This document shows positions 1-10,740 of a stretch of DNA of 64,000 nt, piece after piece. A program made the position numbers and the translations under genes. Within the stretch, counting starts at the first letter, position 1; every line of letters begins with the position of its first letter. The notes beneath the pieces are model-generated. The model was not told the DNA's origin, ran no database searches, and saw nothing but the letters and a program-made list of their open reading frames with translations. Source of the DNA: the human T2T-CHM13v2.0 reference genome, Homo sapiens; NCBI RefSeq assembly GCF_009914755.1, contig NC_060931.1, one strand, 5' to 3'.

Positions 1-433
1 CGTCTCCTGGGGTATAGTGGCTGTACCATTTATCTGTGGCCTAGGGGAGGTTTCCCTTTAAGTCAGAGGTCATAAGCTAGCAGCCACGATCTAGCCTGCA
101 GAAGAAATGTTTTGTTTCACTCACATTTTACAAATATACATTAGTTGCTAATATTTAAATCAGATATCAGATAAAAATACACATTTTCATTTTTTTTTTA
201 ATTGGAAGATCTAGAAACCTCAGTTGCTCAGTATCACAGGGCAATGGGCTGGAGCTAAGTAGTAGGTACTCCTTTTATTTTTTACATGAATTTTTAGGAG
301 GTTTTGAAATGATTGTTTTAGCTTTTTTAAAAAAGACATTTATTTACTCAAAGTTTCTCTGTGGTCTGACTCTAAGTCTTGCATTCATCCTAGTCTTCGA
401 TGTCAGCAATCCCATCTTCTTTTTGTTTTCCAG

Positions 434-754
434 AAAAGTTCTAAGAACAGTGCTGTTGGCTCAGTGAGATGAGGTTATCGGAAAACTTTCTGTTTACACA
501 AGAGTTGCCTCCTTCAAAGAAGCATGCATGGTCCTTGCAGGTCACTGTGCCCATCACTCTGCATAGTCCAGCTGCACTCTGCTTCACACAGCTGCCTGCC
601 CATTGCAGGCATTTGAGTTTGCAATCCATGCCTTAAACTTTAAATCACACTGGCTACAGCGTTGTGTGTTTCTTGGTAAACACTGGGTAAATCAGCTCCT
701 GTGGATGTTGACTGAAGTTTCTATGTTTGCAAGCTAATCCTCAGCAGTTTCTTT
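434..754 (+). other. Candidate alternative non-coding 5' UTR cassette exon of BPGM (321 nt)
   Basis: Strong acceptor cccatcttctttttgttttccag| ending at 433 and donor TTT|GTAAGT at 754/755 around unique sequence. BPGM is known to have 5' UTR splice variants. Confidence 0.55.
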
Positions 755-1472
755 GTAAGTATCCAGCAGTTAAGTGGGAAAAGTCCGTTGATAGTACTAG
801 GGAGGAGAGAGGAAAGTAACCTTTTGTTTTCTTGAGATAGACATACTAGTTTAGTACTTTATCATGTATTCACCTGCGTAAATGTATTCCTGTGCTTCAG
901 AGTGAGGGAAGGATGCATATTTGCATAGTTTTTGTGACTGCAGTACTGTTCCTCTGTTCTGGTGTGTGTGTGTGTTTATTTTTTTTATTTTTATTTTTTT
1001 TTTTTAGTAAAAAGAAAACAGAACTTTGTTTTAATGCAGTAAGCAAATATAGGAGAATAAGATACCACAAAGCTTGGTGGTGGGTGCCTGAGTGTCCATG
1101 TTGCTATTACTACATTGTTTTGTCCCCTTGATATAGTTTATAATCAAAAGATGGTGGAAAGGTGCTTCTGTCTACAAAATTTGTCTAACCATGCCCTTCT
1201 TTAACTGAAGAGAGAATGGCTTCATTAGCTTATGGAGGTTTCTCACTTGACAAGATAAACTGAGGGTGAAGGTAGAGGAACAGTTGATAGCTTCTTTTTT
1301 CTCCATCCCCCTCCTCCACTACCAATAACAAAACAAAATGATCAATGGTTACAAAGGGTAGATACAGTTTTTGATGGAGCTGAGGCTTCTACTACTTGGT
1401 GGATTGGGGCTTTGTAAAGAAACACTGCAAAAATATCTTCCATTTGCAAATTAACACACTTACACACACCCC

Positions 1473-1475
<3 letters not shown>

Positions 1476-1515
<40 letters not shown>
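1476..1515. repeat. (GT)20 microsatellite
   Basis: Direct reading. Confidence 0.98.
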
Positions 1516-1516
<1 letters not shown>

Positions 1517-1852
1517 CATCACCTGGTTTCTCGCAGGTGAGGGGCTCTGAAGCTTGAACTTTGTTAGACTCATGACTATTCTGCCCCTGGGCACAGGCAG
1601 TCATCTGGCAAAACACTGCCTAGATACCTTTTGTTCCCTTCTCTGTTCTGCCACCCTGATGCCTCTTCTAGGCTAAGGACAGAGACATTGGGCTTCCTCC
1701 TTGGGAATTCTCAGCTCTGTGGGATGCTTTAATCTGGGTCCTGAGCCCAGGCTCTTCTGGTTCCCTGGCACTTCCCTGCTGCACATGCACAGCAACCTGG
1801 TACTTAACAAGAAAGGAAAATCATCATCCTAACTGCTGTAGCCTTTCAACTT

Positions 1853-2165
1853 CAGTCATGCACCACCTAATGATGTTTCAGTCAAGCATGGATCGTGTAA
1901 ATGATGGTGGCCCTGTAAGATGGTAATGGAGCATATATAGACATCTGATATGTGGCACTTGACATTGGCATTGCAGATCGAGTAGGGGAAATGATTGATA
2001 TTCAGTAATTGTGCTGGGATACTTGGCTTTCCATATGAAAAAACATAAGTAACAATATGTATACCATCTAGGTTTGTGTAAGTACATTCTATGTTGTTTG
2101 CACGACGAAATCACCTAATGATGCATTTGCCAGGACATATTCCCTTCATTAAGCAACACATGACG
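1853..2165 (+). mobile_element. Tigger3a/MER7-like non-autonomous TcMar DNA transposon
   Basis: Ends CAGTCATGCACCACCTAATGATG... and ...CATTAAGCAACACATGAC are degenerate Tigger3 terminal inverted repeats; internal taggtttgtgtaagtaca segment. Confidence 0.8.
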
Positions 2166-2724
2166 ATACTTGCAAATCACCTCAATTTGATTTCTTTCCT
2201 TAAGTCCTCTGTTTGCCTTCCATTGAAATATAAAGCCTTATTTTAAAGACTGTTTTCCCTTCAGAATCTCTAGGAATTACTAAAGAAAGGTAGAAACTAG
2301 ATCTAGATTCCAATCAATTTTGCCATTGATTGTTATTTTACTGTGGGTGACTCACAGTTTAAGTGGGAGAGAAAATCGCCAGTTAATGGAAGTTGCCAAG
2401 AGTGGCAGAAGACCAGGCCGTAGTGCTCGTATAATCTTTACAACCCAGTGTGCAAAACACTGGAGGAGAGATGGAGAGGCCGGGCGTGTAAACCAAGCAT
2501 GTGTCAGTGCAGATGTGTCCACCACAAGGAGAGAGAGAGGCGGGCTGAGCAGCCATGTCAGCAGATTCTCCGAGGATGGAGTGGGCCCAGCAGATCTTCA
2601 GGCCAGCAGCTTAAATGTAAGGAGTTCAGCATAGCTTGAGAGTTGCTGGTCTCCCTTTACTAGATTCTCCCCCTGCTAAGACGTAGCTGGTGTGTGTAGG
2701 ATATCTGGAGGGCTGGGGAGGAGG

Positions 2725-2889
2725 AGGTGGGGCCTCTTTATCAGTGTGGTTCCTCTCACTCCTGCCTACCAGATCTGTTTGTACAGGCAGCATCCCTCAG
2801 CTGCTTGCATTTGATAGCTTATTTTGCATCTGGATTTATTCCTGCTGAAAACTCTATCTTGAGGTAGGTGCAAGATTATTTAGGTACGT
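2725..2889 (+). promoter_or_regulatory. Erythroid-type GATA/E-box element with splice donors (candidate alternative promoter or first exon)
   Basis: TTATCA 2738-2743; CAGCTG 2798-2803 plus TGATAG 2812-2817; CTATCT 2854-2859; GGTGGGG box about 2726; donors GAG|GTAGGT (2863/2864) and TAG|GTACGT (2883/2884). Confidence 0.6.
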
Positions 2890-3530
2890 ACCATATTTGG
2901 TGTTAATGTCTCTTTAAAGCACTTTTAATTTGTCTGAATGTTGAACTGATGTGTTTTGCATACCTTAGATTTTCTTGTGTGTTGTAGCCTGTGGCATTGA
3001 AGAGCTAGTTGCCACCAGCCAGTGATACATATCAGATATATGCAGTGGTGCATTGAAATAACATGTTTAATAACTTCTATAATAAGAATGTGAGACTGGT
3101 AAATACTTCTTTTTCCACCACAGGAAAACAAAGTGAAAAGGATGCCTTCAGTGTAGAGTCAGCTGCTGGGAGCTGGGAGTTCCCAGCCACTAGTCATTCT
3201 TTCAGACGTCTGTAACTCATTCTATTAAATCCTTTCTACTGTAAGCAAAAGAAACACAGCATGCCATTAGAATGAAGTGTTTTGTTATTTTATGTCATGC
3301 AATTAACATGCTATCCAAACATCAGAAAATTTAAGTCAACTAGATTCCCTGTAATGAATTATTAATATCTATAGAATATGCCTGTATGTGTCACAGTGTA
3401 TGAGTTATCACATTTCTGACTGTTCAAAGGGATTTCAGTTTCTTTTAGAAATTGGGTGTTGTAAAGCGATGTTTCTATTCCTAGATTGTCAGTTGAATAT
3501 AACTTAGACTTGTTGTTCTTGTCTTTCTAG

Positions 3531-3591
3531 ATGTATTGCTGTCCTTGAATATTAGCCCATTTGAAAACGCCTGGGAAGTTCAGCCATCAGT
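3531..3591 (+). other. BPGM: 5' UTR portion (61 nt) of the BPGM first coding exon
   Basis: Polypyrimidine tract and TAG acceptor at about 3508-3530; main ATG at 3592 in agtATGt context. Confidence 0.9.
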
Positions 3592-4192
3592 ATGTCCAAG
3601 TACAAACTTATTATGTTAAGACATGGAGAGGGTGCTTGGAATAAGGAGAACCGTTTTTGTAGCTGGGTGGATCAGAAACTCAACAGCGAAGGAATGGAGG
3701 AAGCTCGGAACTGTGGGAAGCAACTCAAAGCGTTAAACTTTGAGTTTGATCTTGTATTCACATCTGTCCTTAATCGGTCCATTCACACAGCCTGGCTGAT
3801 CCTGGAAGAGCTAGGCCAGGAATGGGTGCCTGTGGAAAGCTCCTGGCGTCTAAATGAGCGTCACTATGGGGCCTTGATCGGTCTCAACAGGGAGCAGATG
3901 GCTTTGAATCATGGTGAAGAACAAGTGAGGCTCTGGAGAAGAAGCTACAATGTAACCCCGCCTCCCATTGAGGAGTCTCATCCTTACTACCAAGAAATCT
4001 ACAACGACCGGAGGTATAAAGTATGCGATGTGCCCTTGGATCAACTGCCACGGTCGGAAAGCTTAAAGGATGTTCTGGAGAGACTCCTTCCCTATTGGAA
4101 TGAAAGGATTGCTCCCGAAGTATTACGTGGCAAAACCATTCTGATATCTGCTCATGGAAATAGCAGTAGGGCACTCCTAAAACACCTGGAAG
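3592..4192 (+). CDS. BPGM: Bisphosphoglycerate mutase, first coding exon (codons 1-200 plus first base of Gly201)
   Basis: Translation [27 protein letters not shown]...[15 protein letters not shown] matches human BPGM: histidine-phosphatase RHG motif (His11), LNERHYG (Glu89), AHGNS (His188). Acceptor cttgtctttctag ends at 3530; donor AAG|GTACCA at 4192/4193. Confidence 0.99.
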
Positions 4193-4381
4193 GTACCAGC
4201 TTTATATACCACTTATTAGAGGTTGCCAAGTGTGATATCTAGGCCTTAATCTAGAAATTAAGCTAATGAGGCCCTATTTACACAATAGACTCCTCTATCC
4301 CCCTTTGTCACTTCAGATTTAAGAATTGTCTTGTTCTATAAATCAGATCTCTTGTGTGTTTTCTGTTCCTGTTACCCGAAG

Positions 4382-4572
4382 CAGCAGTTTTCAGACTTTA
4401 GCAAGCATCAGAGTCACCTGGAGAGGTTGGTGTATCACAGATTGTGGGTCCCACCCTCAGAGTTTTGGAATCAGTAGGTCTGGGGCGCACCCTGAGAATC
4501 TGCATTTCTTAGAAGTTTTAGGTGATGCTGATACTGCTGATTGGGGTTCCACACTTTGAGAAGCACTAGTCT
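4382..4572. mobile_element. MER5A-like hAT-Charlie MITE
   Basis: gcatcagagtcacctggag...cagtaggtctgggg...cctgagaatctgcatttct...cacactttgagaagcact pattern. Confidence 0.85.
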
Positions 4573-5451
4573 AAAGGACTGTATGGCTTGTTGTAGTGAA
4601 ATGAAAGGAAGCTAGGAAAGGAAGGAATTGTTGAAATGGCCTTGAAAGTAAATTAGAGTTTTTCAAGTCAAGTAAATTATCTAGACTTCAGTTTTGCTCA
4701 CGTTCTTCCAACTTTAAACAGTGATTGCTGTTCCTAGACGTAGGTTTCCTGAGCAGTTCTTTTGTTTCAAACTTCTTTTCAGAACAGGCTTAGTCATTGA
4801 CTGGAAGAAAGTTAGGGGGAAGGAAACTAAAAGGATAGTTGGTTTATTTATCTTGACTCTAAAAATTTGGAAATCAGCAGCAGCCATAATTTTAACTACT
4901 TTATGTCATGTTCTACATGTATACTAAAACATACTGTATTGTTACCTTTTTAAGTAACATGAACCAAATGAACTCTTGAGGATTCAGGTTCACCGGTTTT
5001 GAGCATCAGTGATTGCACTGTGACACCTTCTGGATTTCTCACTGTTCTGTGGATTTCTCGTTTCCCTCTCTGCCTCCACTCATCCCAGATGGTTGTGCTT
5101 TTTGCGTGATATGCCCTGTCTGGTGTTTTCCTGCCTTTCATCACTGTCAGCAGTTAGCTTACTGGTAATAAATAGAAGAAATTTCTCCACCATTCGTTTT
5201 CATTCTGCTTTAATTTTCTATAAGAGGCTGTGACAAATAAAAAGGCTGACCTTGTATGTGAAATAAGTAGAAATAGATTATTAGTTAAAAATGAAGTAAT
5301 CTTTAGCATGTGATTATTTTCCCCTAATTTTTATAACATGACCAAGAACTAAATCATTACTTGTATAGCTGACATCCATTAGTCATGCAGAGACCTAAAA
5401 TCTACAGACTATTAGATACTAAAATTTTATTGGCTAGACATGGCACTTGAT

Positions 5452-5511
5452 ATGTGTGTGTGTGTGTGTGTTTGTGTGTGTGCACGTGCGCATGTGCGTG
5501 GGCACATGTGT
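5452..5511. repeat. (TG)n and alternating purine-pyrimidine tract
   Basis: Direct reading; imperfect. Confidence 0.9.
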
Positions 5512-6164
5512 ATCTTATTTACTCAACTATATAAAAGGTTCTATTCTTGTTCAGAATAATTAGATCTTTAACTTCATTATTAGTGATATATAACTTCATC
5601 ATTAATGGACCATAGTATTTTATTGTTTGAAGAAGAGTTGAGGCTTCTACTAGACAACAACAAACTGAAATTCAGAATTTCAGAGTTTCTGCCAGAGGTG
5701 TATTCTATTCAACCATGCCAACTCCTTTTTCAGAGCTGGGTCTCAGATGTATTGTGGCCAGGCTCCCTTCTCTCAAGAAAACACCACTATCTCCTTTAGG
5801 ATCATCTTTCTCCACCTTCTTAGCTTGGAAGTCCCCCTTTTAAAAAAGTTTCCTACTGTTTAATACCATTGACTCTTCACCTATCTTCAAATTTATTATA
5901 GATCTCTTTAAAACGATTCTACAGCCCAACCACAGCTCATTGTACACATCCCCTCCTGCTAGTGCATTGATGATTTAACTATTTTTTACTGTTCTTTTTG
6001 AGGGAAATTGGAAAGTTTAACAAATGATGGTAAAGAAGACTATAACCATGGTGGGGGCAAAGAGAGAATTACATGTAGAGGTTGTGTTTAGACATAGCAA
6101 AACTTACTTTTCTACATTTGAGGGAGGCTTTGAAACTATTAGCAATTTATTTAATTAATTTAAT

Positions 6165-7215
6165 CAAATGGTGTACCTGCTTTGGAAAACAATCTGGCAG
6201 TTCCTCAGAAGGGCTAAACATAGAGTTACCATATGATCCAGCAATCCCACGCCTACCCATATAGCTATATTAGCTTCCCAGTGCTGCCGTAAGAAAACAC
6301 CCAAACTGGGTGGGTTAAAACAACAGAAATGTGTTTTCTAGGGGCTGGAAGTCCCAAATCAAGGTGTGAGCAGGGCTGTGCTCTCTCTGATGACTCTAGG
6401 AGACAATTCTTACTTGCCTTGGCCAGCTTCGGTGTTTGTCGGCAATCTTTGATGTTCTGTGGCTTGCAGAAGCATCACTCCTTGGCATTCTCCTTGTGTG
6501 TGTGTTTCTTATCCACATTTCCCCTTTTATAAGGCCACCAATAATATTAGCCTGCCGCCTCCCACCAGTGACCTCCATTTTAATGGGATTATTCTCTGTT
6601 AAACACTGTATTTCCAAATAGGGTCACATTATGAGGTATTGGAGTTTGGGACTTCAGCCTGTCTTTTTGAGGGGATCACAGTTCAAACCATCACAATGCC
6701 CAAGAGGAATGAAAGCACATGTCCACACAACAACTTGTACCTAAACCTGCAGAGCAGCATTATTCACAATAGACAAAAGATGGAAACAACCCAAGTGTTC
6801 ATCAACTTATAAATGGGGTCTATCTATACAATGGAATATTATTTGGCAATGAAAGGGAAGGTGATGCTGATACATGCTACCATATGGGTGAACATTGAAA
6901 TAACTCTGTTATGTGAAAGAAGCCAGCCACAAGGGATCACATATTAGAGGATTTCATTTATATGAAATACCCAGAATAGGCAAATCTTTAGAAACAGAAG
7001 GTAGAGTGGTTGTTGCCTAGAGGGTAGGGAGGATGGAAGATTTTGCAAGTGATTTGCTGATGGGTACAGAGTTTCTTGTTGGGGTGATAAAAATATTCTA
7101 AAATTGATTGTAGTGAGGGTTGCACAACTCTGAATATGCTAAGAGCCATTGAGTTGTACACTTTGTGTGGGTGAATTGTATGTGAATTATATCTCATTAA
7201 AGCTGGAAAAATAAT
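6165..7215 (+). mobile_element. Old L1 (L1MB-like) 3' end, interrupted by an MLT1 LTR
   Basis: tttggaaaacaatctggcagttcctca...agagttaccatatgatccagcaatccca, resumes at about 6696 (cccaagaggaatgaaa...) and ends atctcattaaagctg. Confidence 0.85.
6266..6695 (-). mobile_element. MLT1 (MaLR) solo LTR nested in L1
   Basis: tattagcttcccagtgctgccgtaa...aaactgggtgggttaaaacaacagaaat...cacagttcaaaccatcaca termini. Confidence 0.85.
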
Positions 7216-7538
7216 CAATGGAATTGAAAGGTTAAAGGATTTGTCATTGGCCTAGAAAACAGTTGGGGGTGGCAAACATATGGAAGTGATAACAAAACTG
7301 AAATGCATGGCTGTGGAGTGTAGAATACTGGGGAAAATCAAAGTGCAGCTTTGACCACTGGGGCAGAAGTGGACTTACAGGGCTCATTGGGAAATAAGCA
7401 GGCATTGGTCTTCAGGCAGCTTCCAGTCCTTCATCTAAAGGGCTTTTTATTTTATTTTATTTTTTATTTTTATTTTTTTAAGTTGGAAGTATGAAACTGA
7501 ATGACCTTTTCTTTTCTTTTAGAGATTAATGACATTTT

Positions 7539-7848
7539 CTTTTCTTTTCTTTTCTTTTCTTTTTTAGACAAAGTCTCGCTGTGTTGCCCAGGCTGGAATG
7601 CAGTGGTTCGATCTTGGCCCACTGCAACCTTCGCCTCCTGAGTTCAAGCGATTCTCATGCCTCAGCCTTCTGAGTAGCTAGGATTATAGGCGTGTACCAC
7701 CACACCTGGCTAATTTTTGTAATTTTTTAGTAGAGATGGGGTTTTGCCATGTTTGCCAGGCAGGTCTCGAACTCCTGGCCTCAAGCGATCTACCCACCTC
7801 AACCTCCCAAAGTCTGGGATTACGGCATGAGCCACTGCGCACCTGGCC
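7539..7848 (-). mobile_element. Alu (J/old S type)
   Basis: Full dimer, antisense; TSD ATTAATGACATTTT on both sides. Confidence 0.97.
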
Positions 7849-9094
7849 ATTAATGACATTTTAAAGTAGCCTTACATTATAACTCCTATCCCTATTACCA
7901 TAAACAGGCTTTATAGAAAATGTTTTTATTTGGGGGATAATTGATGTAAAACAGTGGGGTTGGTGTAGAAAGAAGTAAATTGTAGGAAATGACTTCAGTA
8001 GGAAGTATGTGAACACAGAAAAAGACATGGGCTGCCAGAGAGGGAGGTATCTATGAGAGAGGTAGAGAATAAAAATGATGGGGTTGATGACCAAGGAGGA
8101 TGGCAGATAGAGGGAAAAAATGGCAGAAAAGCCAGAACATGCAGTTAGGATAAGACCATAGCCTAGAAAACTAATGGAATGGATGTGAGGATCCGGATTT
8201 GTCCACAGGAAAATAGAAGGATGGTTTGTAATCTTGATTCTCACCCATTCTGGATATGATGACTTTGTTCCTTTTTGGCCTATAGTACCTCCTGGTGGTA
8301 CTCCAATTAACACTAATGGAGTTCTTAGATGTTGCTGTAGTTCTCTACTGTGACTTAACTCCCACACCTAACATGGAAGAAATTATGTCATGTGCATGAA
8401 ATAGGCTGGATTGGATTTCAGGATCACTGCATAAGTTATTGTCTCTAAATGTCAATCTGTGTTAGTAAAGTTTCTCTTACAGTGTCTATTGAAAAATAAG
8501 GTCCCAAGTATTCTTTTTCACAACTGCAAGAATTAAGCATAAGTGACTTTCTCAAGATCAGAAGACATAGTATGTCATCATATTTTTTTCACATCATTTC
8601 TGTTAATTTAGTGAGATTTTAGCCCTTTCAAAATTGATTGTAGATGTATTCACTCACCAGAATAGGCATGTTAGTCTAATGTTAGTCCTCTTGTATTGCA
8701 TGTCTAACTTTCCACAGCTCAAGTTACAGGGTTTGTGTGCTTCTTGGTAACTTACCAACCTAAAAGAAAGCATTTCATTGGATTTAGATGCTAAATTTTC
8801 AAGACTCAAAAAATTAAGTGAATCTCCCCTACTGTTTAGGGGGGAAATAAAGGTTTTCTTTTATAGGAAGGACTGCTTTGCCAGTTCATGTGTATGTGTT
8901 TATGGTGGTACAAAATATAAGTTACCATCTTAATTGCCAATTTATGCTTACTATCAAGTTACATGATCATACATGCCCATTTTGTGGTTAATGCCTGTTG
9001 TCCGAATGTAATTATTAATAGCATCTCCTTTTACTTTCAAAAGTGCCCCAGTCTGGATGATAAATTATGTGGTTACCTCACTATAAAAATATTG

Positions 9095-9222
9095 AGCTGG
9101 GTGTGGGGTCACGCACCTGTAGTCTCAACTACTAGGGAAGCGGAGGCAGGAGGATTGCTTCTGCCTAGGCTTGAGATCAGCCTGGACAACATAGTGAGAC
9201 CCCATTTTAGAAAAATAAAAAC
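9095..9222 (+). mobile_element. Free Alu monomer (FLAM-like)
   Basis: Single diverged Alu arm with A-rich tail. Confidence 0.85.
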
Positions 9223-10409
9223 GTAAAAATGAAGACGTTAGCTTTCACTACTGTTAAGAATTGAATCTAGAAATGGGCATAACCAGGGTTTTATATTTCC
9301 TGTAAGCACAAAAGTTGCTAAATTTCTTTGCATTTATTATAAAAGTAAAAACACTTGTGGCTGCAGATTCATCTGGTTCCAAGCCGTGCTTTCTAGAGAT
9401 GTTTATGTAAACTTCTCCCATATAAAATGGGCTCTTTCAAGGGACTGGAGTAATTTTTCCCTATTTTGTCTCTAAACTGCTTGACAAGCTAAAAAAGTTT
9501 TACCTACTGGGGAGGAGTGTGGTAACGGATAGCATCAATGACAGCATACTGTCCTATCAGAAAAATACTTTCTTATTGTTTGAAAACTAGGGTGGGAAGA
9601 ATCATGACCCCAGTTAAATAACTAATTAGAATATTGGTCTATGCTGAAATCTCAAATTGCTTTAAGATCTTTCTACTAAGAGTATGCTAGTATTACTCAT
9701 CTCCTCTTAGGTCTAGTCTTAGAGGTGTCATCCATATAACCTCAACAGTAAAGAGTGTTGGTTCTGAAGATGTTAGTTGTTTCTCAGATATTTGATATTA
9801 TGACACTGTAGGCAGTCATATCCTGACTGATGCTTTCTCCATTTGTGGAAAAGAAGACAGGTGCTGTTGGAGGAAACTGAAATCTAAAGAGACTCTAGAT
9901 TCCTTGGCCGTGATCATGGTAATTAGTTGGCATCAAGAACTCTACTCAAAACTCAGTTCACTGAGGCTCCACACACAGTTATCACCTGGGCTTTAAAACT
10001 TTTTTCTAAAAGGTAGCCTCTCCCTTGACCTATTCTTTGTTTGGAATACTGTGTTTTAAGAAGCTGAGTCAAGAACATCCATGGCAGGTAAACTATAAAA
10101 AGGTAATTTAATGCAACTAATTGAGTCTTAAATTATTACTGCTGTTATAACATTGTGGTCTGAATGGCACACTCTAGCATAGCTATACGGGATGACCTTT
10201 ATTCAGTGCATACTGCATGCCAAGCACAGTTTTAGGCATTTTACGTACACATGTTGTTTTATGTAGGAACTAGAACATGGCTCTGAACTCACTGGAAAGC
10301 TATGGTTCAATACTGCGTTTTACTTTGCTGTTTAGTATATCCAGGTCATATTTTTTATTTCATTTGATCAATCATTGATCACTAAGCTGTTTTGCTTAAA
10401 GAAACTGCT

Positions 10410-10740
10410 TTAGTAAAAAGAAGCAAACTATTGATACACCCATCATCATGGATGAACCTCAGCTGCATTTTGCCAAGTGAAAGAAATTGGGCTAAAAAAG
10501 CTGTGTATTGTATGATTCCATTTATGTGCCATTTGGGAAAATATAGAACTATCGGGAAATAACACAGATTGGTGGGGTAAGAGTAGGCTGCTGGGGGCAC
10601 AAGGAAATTTTAAGGGGTTGATAGAGCTGTTTTATATCCTGATTGGTTATTACACTACTGTATGCAGTTGTCAAAACTCATAGAACTGTATGCTAAAAAG
10701 GGTGACTTTTGCTATATGTAAATTATACCTCAAAAAAGAC
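10410..10740 (+). mobile_element. Old L1 (L1M) 3' fragment
   Basis: catggatgaacctc...tgtatgattccatttat...gtcaaaactcatagaactgta...tatgtaaattatacctcaa. Confidence 0.75.

Noticed and set aside
3592-4242. 216-aa ORF as the complete protein
   Set aside because: It is the BPGM coding exon running into the intron; the real C-terminus is at 20509-20687.
7861-8367. 168-aa minus-strand ORF
   Set aside because: Hydrophobic composition is a by-product of the purine-rich plus strand; non-ATG start and no recognisable domain.
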